Origin: an uncultured Gammaproteobacteria bacterium | GTDB taxonomy: Bacteria > Patescibacteriota > Microgenomatia > Levybacterales > UBA12049 | Assembly (NCBI GenBank): GCA_964637955.1 | Contig: CAZWXQ010000004.1 | Coordinates: 11,368-75,367 of the forward strand | Direction of reading: 5' to 3' | Length of the DNA stretch: 64,000 bases | Shown here: one piece after another, positions 36,765 through 45,434 of the stretch | Numbering within the stretch: position 1 is the first letter of the stretch | How the letters are laid out: every line of letters begins with the position of its first letter | Notes under the pieces: model-generated | What the model saw: only the letters and a program-made list of their open reading frames with translations | Told to the model about the DNA's origin: nothing | Database searches by the model: none | Translations under genes and position numbers: made by a program

Positions 36765-37550
36765 TTAAATTACTTCTGAGCCCACTTCTATCCCAAGCGT
36801 ATCAGCAGCACTCTTTCCTTGAACGATTATTTCCAAAAATCTTTTATCCCCTAGGCCAGAACTTCCAATAGTAACTGCCGCTTCCCCCACTGGTACATCG
36901 CGAAGCTGTGTGTAACATTTAATTTCTCCGAACTTAGTATTAAGTATTTTCCCAGGCTCAAATCCTACATCTTCTTTAAGCAAAGTTGTTTTACAATTTC
37001 CAAAATTATCTACCCACCAGACAGCATTTGGCGCGTCTTCAACTTCATCTATTGAATACTTCTCATGAGGAACTTCGAGCCCATCCTCAATCCACTTAGC
37101 AAGACGCGGCATATAATCAAAACTTCGGAATTGTGACTTTGCAATGGTATCTCGAAGATGTGGGTCTAGATGTCCTTCTTTTATCATATGGTCAACAACA
37201 GTTGGCACGTCTGTTAGACAAATTTCTGGTGTCAAGCTGAATTTCTTTACAAGAGACAAGCATAAACCGTCGATTGTAGTAACTACCAGAGTTTTTCTAT
37301 AATAGAAGTATCCAAAAGGAGTTCCGTTTGGCCATTTTTTCTTATGTCTAGGCGCTGAATTTACTAAAAGCACGCCATTTTGACCATCTGAAGCGTCTAA
37401 AACATCAATTATGTTTCCACTAGCCTCAAGCTCTGAATAATTATTTATGGCAACTAAGCTAGGGTTTAACCCGAAGAGTGTGGAAATGCGTGTGGCCTGA
37501 CGCCCCATCGTATTTCCATCGTGGCAATCGTTAATAATAGTAACGAACAC
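36765..37550 (-). CDS. Possible SAM hydroxide adenosyltransferase (DUF62, fluorinase/chlorinase-like) family protein
   Basis: N-terminal TIINDCHDGNTMG follows the DUF62 pattern (tDFG..D.yvG) loosely. 261 aa. Weak assignment. Confidence 0.35.
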   Translation of the reverse strand: MFVTIINDCHDGNTMGRQATRISTLFGLNPSLVAINNYSELEASGNIIDVLDASDGQNGVLLVNSAPRHKKKWPNGTPFGYFYYRKTLVVTTIDGLCLSLVKKFSLTPEICLTDVPTVVDHMIKEGHLDPHLRDTIAKSQFRSFDYMPRLAKWIEDGLEVPHEKYSIDEVEDAPNAVWWVDNFGNCKTTLLKEDVGFEPGKILNTKFGEIKCYTQLRDVPVGEAAVTIGSSGLGDKRFLEIIVQGKSAADTLGIEVGSEVI

Positions 37551-37592
37551 AAGAATAAATTATAGCTTGAAATATATTTCAATGCAATAATT

Positions 37593-37973
37593 CTATTTTC
37601 CTATAAACAAATTCACCCACTGCTGCCAGTTAGGTGTAACTACCACTACTTTTTCCTCTTTTTTCTTTATTAATTCCTCTGGGACTATTACTCCACTCTC
37701 CCCAGGCTTCACCATAAAAAGCTTATTTCGTGCTTCTTCCTCAATAAAATTTCCACTTTGGACATAAGCAAGCTGAGCCTTTAATTCCTGATTTTTTTGT
37801 TTTTCGAGGCTTAGATCTTCCTTTGCCTTTACAACCAAATCCTGCTTATTCCAAAGATCATAAATTGATCTAACAAGCCCGTTAATTATTACGATACTTA
37901 AAATAATAGTAATAAAATAAGCAACTTTTTTGACTGTTGACGTTGAGCTTAATTTTGTGATATTATAGGCCAT
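37593..37973 (-). CDS. Septum formation initiator (FtsB/DivIC-like) protein
   Basis: N-terminal TM anchor, then a coiled coil (LEKQKNQELKAQLAYVQ), then a C-terminal domain. 126 aa. Confidence 0.6.
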   Translation of the reverse strand: MAYNITKLSSTSTVKKVAYFITIILSIVIINGLVRSIYDLWNKQDLVVKAKEDLSLEKQKNQELKAQLAYVQSGNFIEEEARNKLFMVKPGESGVIVPEELIKKKEEKVVVVTPNWQQWVNLFIGK

Positions 37974-37974
37974 T

Positions 37975-38835
37975 ATGAATCCGATTACATTGGCGAAGGC
38001 CAGTTCAGAGTTTAAGAATTTTCTTAAAGAAAAGGGTCATTCGACCTCAACTATTGTAGCATACGGCAAAGATATTGAGCAGCTCGTAGACTTTTTAAAC
38101 AAGGCTGGAAAACAAAATGTAGATGAAGTAACTCAACAAGACATTGAGGGATTTCTCGCGAAAATGAACGAGGAAGGATACACTCCTAAGTCAATTTCAA
38201 GAAAAATCAACTCAACAAGAACTTTCTACAGATTCCTTAAAAGTAACGGCTATGTTAAAGAAGATCCTTCCCTTCTCGTTGCACACCCAAAGTATCAACT
38301 CGCTCCACCTAGAATCCTTACTCCTACCGAATACAGAGCGCTAAGAGATGCAGCAAGAAATGATGCAAGAATGAGTGCAATCATCGAACTTCTACTTCAG
38401 ACAGGTATAAGGATCGGAGAACTTACCGCTCTAAGACTCTCAGACATCCATAAAGACTCACTTCATGTTCCAGCTATGGAAAAGCACGAAGAAAGAAGTG
38501 TACCCCTTAATAAAAGAGCTCAGGAAGCTTTAAATAAGTATCTAGAAGTGCGCCCTAAGGTAGAAGAAGATCATTTATTTATCACAAAAAGCGGAAAACC
38601 ATTCTTAATCAGAAACATCAGAACTAGTATCGAGAGATATTTTAGACTCGCTGAAATAAAAGATGCTAAAGTAAATGATCTTAGACATACATTTGTAGCC
38701 CACCACCTAAAACACGGAGCTTCAATAGTAACTCTCTCTAAAATCCTAGGACACAAGAGAATCTCAACAACTGAAAGATATCTCGAATACGTTCCAGATA
38801 GAGCTTCAGAATCCCAAGTCCTCTCAGAACTATAA
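37975..38835 (+). CDS. xerD: Tyrosine site-specific recombinase, XerC/XerD-like
   Basis: N-terminal SAM-like core-binding domain. The C-terminal domain carries R...HxxR...Y (DLRHTFVAHHLKHG...TTERYLEY). Confidence 0.85.
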   Translation: MNPITLAKASSEFKNFLKEKGHSTSTIVAYGKDIEQLVDFLNKAGKQNVDEVTQQDIEGFLAKMNEEGYTPKSISRKINSTRTFYRFLKSNGYVKEDPSLLVAHPKYQLAPPRILTPTEYRALRDAARNDARMSAIIELLLQTGIRIGELTALRLSDIHKDSLHVPAMEKHEERSVPLNKRAQEALNKYLEVRPKVEEDHLFITKSGKPFLIRNIRTSIERYFRLAEIKDAKVNDLRHTFVAHHLKHGASIVTLSKILGHKRISTTERYLEYVPDRASESQVLSEL

Positions 38836-38844
38836 ACTTTATTC

Positions 38845-39438
38845 ATGCCTACAGAATCTCCAAAGCATCCAATTGTAATCATTCCTGAGGCTACTTCTAA
38901 ACCTTCAGGCAATCTAAGTATGTTCACTCCTATGGGCGAGGGGCTTTATGGCTTTGAAGCTACAGAGCATGATCCGATTGTCGAAGCTCCAATAACAAGC
39001 GCTGAAGGCGGAACATTATATTTTGGTAACGAAATAAAGAAGGAAGAACTTCTGGCATTAACAAACATAATGGGAATCAGAACTAATCCTAATACTCAAA
39101 AATACATTATTTATGAAATGCAGTCAGATAATTCAATTTCAGATCGTTATCTTCTACAATGGAGATTCGTATCTGATTTTGCGAGTAAATATTTATTCAG
39201 AGATGATGCACCAGATGCGATTCCTGTCCAACCCTTCTCTATTCCAGAAGCAATGTGGAAATTTATAGAAGGTGAAAAAATAAAGTATGGCACGATGTTT
39301 GGAAATCCAGCAATAGCAGGAAAGCTTGGAGGAAATGGCTATTCATTGCAAGAAGAATTAGCTTTCGGAGTAACAGTTGAAAACCCTTATTACGGAGTTT
39401 ATAGAATTTGGAGCAGACCTTGGCTTGTTGGAAAATAG
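38845..39438 (+). CDS. Hypothetical protein
   Basis: 197-aa ORF. Confidence 0.5.
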   Translation: MPTESPKHPIVIIPEATSKPSGNLSMFTPMGEGLYGFEATEHDPIVEAPITSAEGGTLYFGNEIKKEELLALTNIMGIRTNPNTQKYIIYEMQSDNSISDRYLLQWRFVSDFASKYLFRDDAPDAIPVQPFSIPEAMWKFIEGEKIKYGTMFGNPAIAGKLGGNGYSLQEELAFGVTVENPYYGVYRIWSRPWLVGK

Positions 39439-39439
39439 T

Positions 39440-39511
39440 GGGCTAGCTTGGATTTGAACCAAGGACATCTACTTTATAAGAGCCCCGATTTAATCGGGGC
39501 CGCTGAGCTAC
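39440..39511 (-). pseudogene. Degenerate tRNA-like chimera. It has a T-arm plus acceptor 3' half and an anticodon-like hairpin, but no 5' acceptor strand and no D-stem 3' half.
   Basis: Minus strand GTAGCTCAGCGG-CCCCGATTAAATCGGGG-CTCTTATAAAGTAGATGTC-CTTGGTTCAAATCCAAG-CTAGCCCA. It shares two blocks with the neighbouring tRNA (GTAGCTCAGCGG and CTCTTATAAAGTAGATGTC). Confidence 0.4.
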
Positions 39512-39586
39512 TGGTGGGTTAGGATGGAGTCGGACCATCGACATCTACTTTATAAGAGTAGCGCTCTACCGCTGAGCTACTAACCC
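39512..39586 (-). tRNA. tRNA with anticodon TAT (Ile-UAU). CCA is encoded.
   Basis: GGGTTAG-TA-GCTC-AGCGGTA-GAGC-G-CTACT-CTTATAA-AGTAG-ATGTC-GATGG-TCCGACT-CCATC-CTAACCC-A-CCA. Acceptor, anticodon and T stems are fully paired. The T-loop is unusual (UCCGACU). Confidence 0.7.
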
Positions 39587-39831
39587 AAATTCTTACTAAT
39601 TAACCATTCTATATATTTTTTACTTTTATAACTTTTAAGCTTTCTTTCTCTTTTTAAAACTTCTGATTTTGTTTCAAATTTCTCTGTGTAAACTAGCTTA
39701 TCTGTTTTTAAAATCCTAGTAGTTCTAGTCTTACCAATTAGATGCTGATTTAATCTTTGATCTAAATCACCAGTTGATCCAATATAATATCTCCCGGTCT
39801 CTTCATTCTTCAGAATGTATAACCAAAACAT
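39580..39831 (-). CDS. GIY-YIG nuclease family protein (small, YhbQ/UPF0213-like)
   Basis: MFWLYILKNEETGRYYIGSTGDLDQRLNQH is the GIY-YIG catalytic motif. Overlaps the tRNA 5' end by 7 nt. Confidence 0.75.
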   Translation of the reverse strand: MFWLYILKNEETGRYYIGSTGDLDQRLNQHLIGKTRTTRILKTDKLVYTEKFETKSEVLKRERKLKSYKSKKYIEWLISKNLG

Positions 39832-39917
39832 CTAGCTGAGTGAATGTAATTATAACATTTATTATTTCATGCTTAAAGTTTGACAATTAACCTCGTTTTA
39901 TGGTTTAATCACGCCTT

Positions 39918-40412
39918 ATGATCGAATTTGAGGAAGCTTTTGGCACTGACAAACCAAAAATAATTACTCCACGCATGACAGAGCCATTTACATTTAAGGA
40001 TGGCTATACTGTTGATGAAACGCGAGAGAAATTACTTACTGAACTCAAGACTAGATTAATTAAAGTAAGTCCAGATATCACCACTGGGCAAATGGCATGC
40101 TCGATTCAAGATACCCTGGAATTATCTGACGAAGAATTTAGAATAATAATTCCTGAAGGATCAAGCGATGATCATATTACTGATTCTTTTGTAAGAATAT
40201 GGTACATGGCTTCTGTTTATCCTGAAAAAACATTTGCGCAAGAAATGAGAGTTAAACATAATCACCAATCTTACGAGACAACTGAACCAGCTTCACATTT
40301 GGAGTTAATATTAACAGAAGGAATGAATCCTGTATTAATGGAGCACTATAAAATCTTCAGAGGAGATCATTTTTCTAAAGCTGAGCCCGCTCCCCTATTA
40401 CCTGCAAGATAA
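39918..40412 (+). CDS. Hypothetical protein
   Basis: 164-aa ORF. An extended -35 (TTGACAATTAAC) lies upstream. Confidence 0.5.
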   Translation: MIEFEEAFGTDKPKIITPRMTEPFTFKDGYTVDETREKLLTELKTRLIKVSPDITTGQMACSIQDTLELSDEEFRIIIPEGSSDDHITDSFVRIWYMASVYPEKTFAQEMRVKHNHQSYETTEPASHLELILTEGMNPVLMEHYKIFRGDHFSKAEPAPLLPAR

Positions 40413-40468
40413 ATTTATATCTTATAGTTGAATAAAATGAGATATTTTGATATACTCCAACGCTGTAT

Positions 40469-42433
40469 ATGATTGAAAAAGGTCTTCAACCTATATTTGA
40501 CGCCAATGAAGGCAATGGTTCTTTTGGCAAACCTGGAGGCATATCTGACGACGATAGTTATGGTGCTTATGAAAGAGACAAATCCATACCTATTCCTGTT
40601 GTTGTCGATGAAAGACCAGCGCTTGATAGAATTATTGCAGAACTTGATCAGGAAAGAAGAGGTCGATTTCGTCCGACCTATCCAGTATCTCCAATAGAAG
40701 AACCTAAGATTTTTCCCCCAGACACTAAAGAACCAAAGTACTTAGAAGGGTTTAATTCAGGTATAACAGGAGCAAGATTAAAAGTTGCAGGTGTTGATAT
40801 TGCAAGAACAACGATATTTAATCCCCTATCGAGAAACGAGTATGCAGGTGGGACAGAACTTACCCAGGAAGGTATAGAAAAAATTAAACAGTTTTTAAAA
40901 GACAAGGGCTACAGTAATGATGCGCTTGAATATTTAAGTGAGACAGGGGTTTTTGGAAGTATTTTTGCAAACTTAGTACTTAGAACAGAGTCTAATCAAA
41001 TAATAGAAGCAATAAACAATACTGACTTTAAATCTTCAAAAAGAAATTCCTCCGGTTACTATGACTCTATTGAGCCATATTTAGGCTTCTCATATCAAAA
41101 TGAAGCTATAGATGCAAGCATACCGTCTAGTGATAGCAAAAATGACGATCAAAGAAGATTATCAAGAAAAGGTGCGACCAGACTTTTCAGAATAGGCACA
41201 CCTAGAGTTTTAGAAAACTATAAAGTAGCTGATACGCCTATTGTTATTATCGGAGGAGGACCAGCAGGACTTCTTACTGCAAATGCTTTAGTAGATTTAG
41301 GATTCGCTTCTCATAATATTACAGTTCTAGATAAATCGGGTGATTTTGGTGGAATTTGGAAGCAGAAAAATGTTGCGGGAGGATCCAAGAATAATCCTTT
41401 TGACATTAATTTTAGTGGAATCAGGATTGATGCCGCACCAGGTCCCGGATCTTCAATAAGCATCTTTCTTAGGGATATCGCAAAACGTATGGAAAGAAAT
41501 AATGAAGAGGTAGGAGTAGTAAAAGGAAAGGTTACCAGAATAACACCTGGTGATTTAAATCATACAGTGCATTACATAGATGAATCCGGCACTGAAACAA
41601 CTCTAGAAGCTCCGATTGTAATTAACGCTATCGGAAATGGAAAGCCATTACCTCCAAATAGAGAAGGCTATATGACAACTCCAATTAAAGATGGTCAAGC
41701 AGGAATCAGATGGCAGCAAATAATTACTCCTGAAAAAGCTGAAGAATTTAGCGGCAAAACAGTAGTTTTTGTAGGACTTGGAAATAGTACTGCAGAAATG
41801 ATGCAGCAAATTGAAGATTATAATAAATTAGGATACGGCATAAACTACCGCGTTTTAACACACTACCCCTATGAAGCCATTCAAAATCCAGACTCTTTAG
41901 TTAGAATGCCTGATGGAAGAGAATTTAAAGTATTCAGAGACATAAAAACTCCAAATCTAACTAAATTTGAAGGAGATTTACCTGAAATGAGAACTGTTTA
42001 TGATGCTGCTGTAAGAAAAGGAAGAATAATTTCTGATGTAGTCAATTGGGATGTTAAAGACAAATCAATAGTAGCTAGAACTAAAGACGGCACAGAAATA
42101 ACTATTCCGTTTGCACAGCTTTATACTTTAATTGGCTACAGACAAGATCCTGAAGCTCTTAGAGCCATGGGGATGACAGTGGTTGATGAATATACAGGCG
42201 AGATTGCTTATGATTATGACGGTGAGATTCAAAGAAAGCCAGGAGAAGTTGGAAGGAAAAGAGTGCATCCTGGCTACTTCGGTATCGGAGCAGTTCTTAA
42301 ATCACCTTCAAATCCAAATGCAGAAGTAATACCTGGAATTCAACATAGACTTTATGATTTACTTTTTGGAGTAATTATGAGATCAGCTGAATCTGCTGCA
42401 AGAAAAGAAAAACCTCAGAAAAAAAGACGCTAA
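40469..42433 (+). CDS. FAD/NAD(P)-binding oxidoreductase (flavin-monooxygenase-like, two Rossmann motifs) with an uncharacterised N-terminal extension of about 230 aa
   Basis: IVIIGGGPAGLLTANAL (GxGxxG) and VVFVGLGNSTAEMMQQI (second dinucleotide-binding motif). Confidence 0.55.
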   Translation: MIEKGLQPIFDANEGNGSFGKPGGISDDDSYGAYERDKSIPIPVVVDERPALDRIIAELDQERRGRFRPTYPVSPIEEPKIFPPDTKEPKYLEGFNSGITGARLKVAGVDIARTTIFNPLSRNEYAGGTELTQEGIEKIKQFLKDKGYSNDALEYLSETGVFGSIFANLVLRTESNQIIEAINNTDFKSSKRNSSGYYDSIEPYLGFSYQNEAIDASIPSSDSKNDDQRRLSRKGATRLFRIGTPRVLENYKVADTPIVIIGGGPAGLLTANALVDLGFASHNITVLDKSGDFGGIWKQKNVAGGSKNNPFDINFSGIRIDAAPGPGSSISIFLRDIAKRMERNNEEVGVVKGKVTRITPGDLNHTVHYIDESGTETTLEAPIVINAIGNGKPLPPNREGYMTTPIKDGQAGIRWQQIITPEKAEEFSGKTVVFVGLGNSTAEMMQQIEDYNKLGYGINYRVLTHYPYEAIQNPDSLVRMPDGREFKVFRDIKTPNLTKFEGDLPEMRTVYDAAVRKGRIISDVVNWDVKDKSIVARTKDGTEITIPFAQLYTLIGYRQDPEALRAMGMTVVDEYTGEIAYDYDGEIQRKPGEVGRKRVHPGYFGIGAVLKSPSNPNAEVIPGIQHRLYDLLFGVIMRSAESAARKEKPQKKRR

Positions 42434-44787
42434 AGTTGAGCTCTCTCCCCTATTACCTGCTCAATAACGTTTACGTCTTTTCCATACTTAAGACGAGACA
42501 ATTCTTTAATAAGTTCTGAAACTCTTGGATTCATCGCTGCTTTTTCTGCTGTCATGTCTTTAGTCGTATCAAGAGAAAAAGGCGGAACCGGTTCGCCATT
42601 TACGACTGAGCGCATATAGCAATTGAAGCGATCAATGTTTATAAGATCTGACTCATTAAACGTCGGCTGGAACTCGTGCTGAAGATAATTTGCATCTGTA
42701 ACTCCAACACGAAATGAGGCTAGCGTACCCACATTTCCGAAAATAGCATTCTTAACCTCTTCTTCCATCTGCCCTATAAACTGATTGGCAACAATTAGAT
42801 CAAGACGATATTTTCTAGCCTCTGAAAGAATCTGGGCGAAGTCTGGAGTTGCGAAGTTTTGGAACTCGTCAACATAAAGATAAAAATCTTTTCTTTGATC
42901 CATAGCCATATTCTGTCTACTCATCGCAGCAATTAGAATTTTTGGAACTAGAATAAGACCTAAGAAACTTGAATTTTCTTCTCCAATTTTTCCTTTTGAA
43001 AGATTTATAAGTAAAATTTTCTGATTATCCATAACGTCTCTCATATTAAAAGCTGATTGAGATTGGCCTATGATATTTCTCATGGTTTTGTTAGTAACAA
43101 ATCTTCCAAATTTGGATACGATATAATCCAAAGTTTCAGACTTATGAAAATCTGATGTCTGTGCAATCTGATCTGTCCAATAACGTCTAACGATCGGATC
43201 CTGAACGAGAGGAAGCAAACTTTGAACAAACTTTGAATCAGTAAGAACTCTAACAACCTCAATAAATGTACTTCCAGGCTGATACATAACTGTAAGCATC
43301 GCGTTTCTGATCGCATGCTCAAAACGAGGTCCGATAATGCCAGTTTTATTCGGATCATAAAGCTTATACATAAGCCCAACTATACTGGAAACCACATAAT
43401 GCTTTTCTTCCTCAGTATCTGCCTCGAGCATGTTCACTCCCATTGGCCTAGATGTGTCTGAAGGATCAAACAGAATTACATCCTCTGCTCTTTCCGGTGG
43501 AATTTGTTGCAAAATATCTTCGATTAAATCTCCGTGAGGATCAATTACGCCAACACCCTTTCCATTTTTTATATCCTGATTTATCATTTGCTTAAGAAAC
43601 TCTGTTTTTCCAGTTCCTGTTTTTCCGATGATATACATATGCCTTCTTCTGTCATCGTCCCCAATAAATACTTCTTTGGAAAGTCCTCTATATGAACTCT
43701 TGCCCAGAAACAATCCCTCGGTAGCTATATTTGCAGCCGCAGGAGCACGCTTAGAGTTAACCCAGAAAATGTTTGGGGTTGTGATTGCTTTATTTGGGAA
43801 GTGAAAAAGAGTAGCCAGTTCTTCAGAATTTAAAACTCCGGTGTGTGATTTCTTAGGCATAAATCTGTAAACAAACTCATCCATAAATGCCTTTTTATTT
43901 CTAAGTTTATTTTGAGTAAACTCATTCAAGCCTTCGAACTGAGCAAAATTATGCTCTATATTATTTAAATGTGCCTCTGCAGACTCATGTGTAGTTGAAG
44001 AGACCACAATTCTAATTACAGCATCAAATCCAGGTTTTCCGATTTTACTTTCAATTCCTTCCAGCTCTTTTGGATCAACGGAATATTTTGCGGTTTCAGG
44101 ATTTGATTCATCTTTTTTCGTGTGAGAGATATGTGCTCTCCCTGCTTTTTTCCAATCTGAACCCGCTCCTGTAATTGCAATCTGAATTGCTGCTCCCTCC
44201 CCCTCTGTCATCTTTGCAAGAGTTGAAGTAATAGAGCTCATTGGGTCTGTTGCTAAATCTTTATAAACTTTAAGAGGTTTAAAATTTTCCTCCTTAAGCC
44301 TTAATGAAGCAAAAGCGACATGTGAATTCTGTGCAAAAATATTGTAATCATTTCCAACCACAAATCCCTCTTTAAGAGATTTTTTTTCGCTAACTTCTGT
44401 AATTTCAGCATCAGGATAAGCTCCGTTTATTTGTTTTTCTACGAAATCTTTATATTTATTTGGAGTGGAAACATAGTATCTGATATCTCCTGGCATTCCC
44501 ACAATTTCAAAAGTCATCGTAGGCTCTGCATGCATAAAAGAGAATCTGCCACCACCATGAACTGCAACAAAACTTGAGAATAATTGCTCTGCTGCATCAA
44601 TTTTTATTTCATTATCACGAGGCAAAGCTATTTGAAGAAGAGTAGAATCAAGCGCAGCTTCTTTGCTTACTTTAAATTTATAGTTTTGCATAAAAAAATA
44701 AACAGCAACACTACCCACTACTGCCAGAAGAGCAGAAAAAGTTGCCAAGAAAATTAAGAAAACTATAATAGCTAATATATCTCCCAT
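42430..44787 (-). CDS. Membrane-anchored P-loop ATPase of the FtsK/HerA/VirD4-VirB4 (type IV secretion or DNA-translocation) superfamily
   Basis: N-terminal TM helix. Walker A IIGKTGTGKTEF followed by VIDPHGDL. Walker B LYVDEFQNF. RKYRLDLIVANQ. 785 aa. Confidence 0.6.
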   Translation of the reverse strand: MGDILAIIVFLIFLATFSALLAVVGSVAVYFFMQNYKFKVSKEAALDSTLLQIALPRDNEIKIDAAEQLFSSFVAVHGGGRFSFMHAEPTMTFEIVGMPGDIRYYVSTPNKYKDFVEKQINGAYPDAEITEVSEKKSLKEGFVVGNDYNIFAQNSHVAFASLRLKEENFKPLKVYKDLATDPMSSITSTLAKMTEGEGAAIQIAITGAGSDWKKAGRAHISHTKKDESNPETAKYSVDPKELEGIESKIGKPGFDAVIRIVVSSTTHESAEAHLNNIEHNFAQFEGLNEFTQNKLRNKKAFMDEFVYRFMPKKSHTGVLNSEELATLFHFPNKAITTPNIFWVNSKRAPAAANIATEGLFLGKSSYRGLSKEVFIGDDDRRRHMYIIGKTGTGKTEFLKQMINQDIKNGKGVGVIDPHGDLIEDILQQIPPERAEDVILFDPSDTSRPMGVNMLEADTEEEKHYVVSSIVGLMYKLYDPNKTGIIGPRFEHAIRNAMLTVMYQPGSTFIEVVRVLTDSKFVQSLLPLVQDPIVRRYWTDQIAQTSDFHKSETLDYIVSKFGRFVTNKTMRNIIGQSQSAFNMRDVMDNQKILLINLSKGKIGEENSSFLGLILVPKILIAAMSRQNMAMDQRKDFYLYVDEFQNFATPDFAQILSEARKYRLDLIVANQFIGQMEEEVKNAIFGNVGTLASFRVGVTDANYLQHEFQPTFNESDLINIDRFNCYMRSVVNGEPVPPFSLDTTKDMTAEKAAMNPRVSELIKELSRLKYGKDVNVIEQVIGERAQL

Positions 44788-44790
44788 AAA

Positions 44791-45294
44791 TTATGCCTCC
44801 GAAGGTTTTGATTGTCCGATTAAGTTTCTACCGAGATTTTTTATAACTTCTAAAGCTCTCCACTTATCTGCGCTTGTCACTGGTTTTTCTTTATATTGAA
44901 GCTGAGCTGACTGCAAATCCGCAGGCAAATTCCCATAAACTGGTCCTGTTGGAACAGTTTCGGTTACACCAGCATTTTTTGCATCGTGATCAAGGTCTGG
45001 AAAATCTTTTTTTACTTTAATCATGTCTTTAACTTCCCCGCCCACATTTGGATCTGAAAATTCACCTGACTGCTCTATGATAGGCTGACTTTCAAAATTT
45101 TGATTTTCAGCTGGACCCGAATCAATCACTGGCCCAACTTCTGGCCTTGCAGATGACACGCCTGCGTTAACAGAATTAAAATCTTGCTGATCCTCCGCAG
45201 GAACTTGATTTTGCGCCGGCTGTGCAGGCACTGCAGGTGCAGTATTATTCACTGGATTTTGTTGATTTTGATTTGGATTAATTGGATCTATCAT
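44791..45294 (-). CDS. Pro/Gln/Asn-rich low-complexity protein, in an operon with the ATPase
   Basis: 167-aa ORF ending 4 nt upstream of the ATPase start. Confidence 0.45.
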   Translation of the reverse strand: MIDPINPNQNQQNPVNNTAPAVPAQPAQNQVPAEDQQDFNSVNAGVSSARPEVGPVIDSGPAENQNFESQPIIEQSGEFSDPNVGGEVKDMIKVKKDFPDLDHDAKNAGVTETVPTGPVYGNLPADLQSAQLQYKEKPVTSADKWRALEVIKNLGRNLIGQSKPSEA

Positions 45295-45434
45295 ATACTC
45301 CTTAGACTTAGAAATAGTTTAGTATACCTTGAACTTCATTTTGCATGATTTTTATACAAAATGAAGTGAAAAGGTATATACAACTATCTTACCATAGATA
45401 AATAAATTTATACTTAAAATAAGACTACAAAAAC

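Noticed and set aside
37975-38835. Tyrosine recombinase as the integrase of a mobile element covering 35057-39590
   Set aside because: Its length, SAM-like N-domain and position next to ftsB-like fit a housekeeping XerC/D. No direct repeats of the tRNA 3' end were found at a distal boundary within the window. The nearby pseudo-tRNA is reported separately as an unresolved scar.
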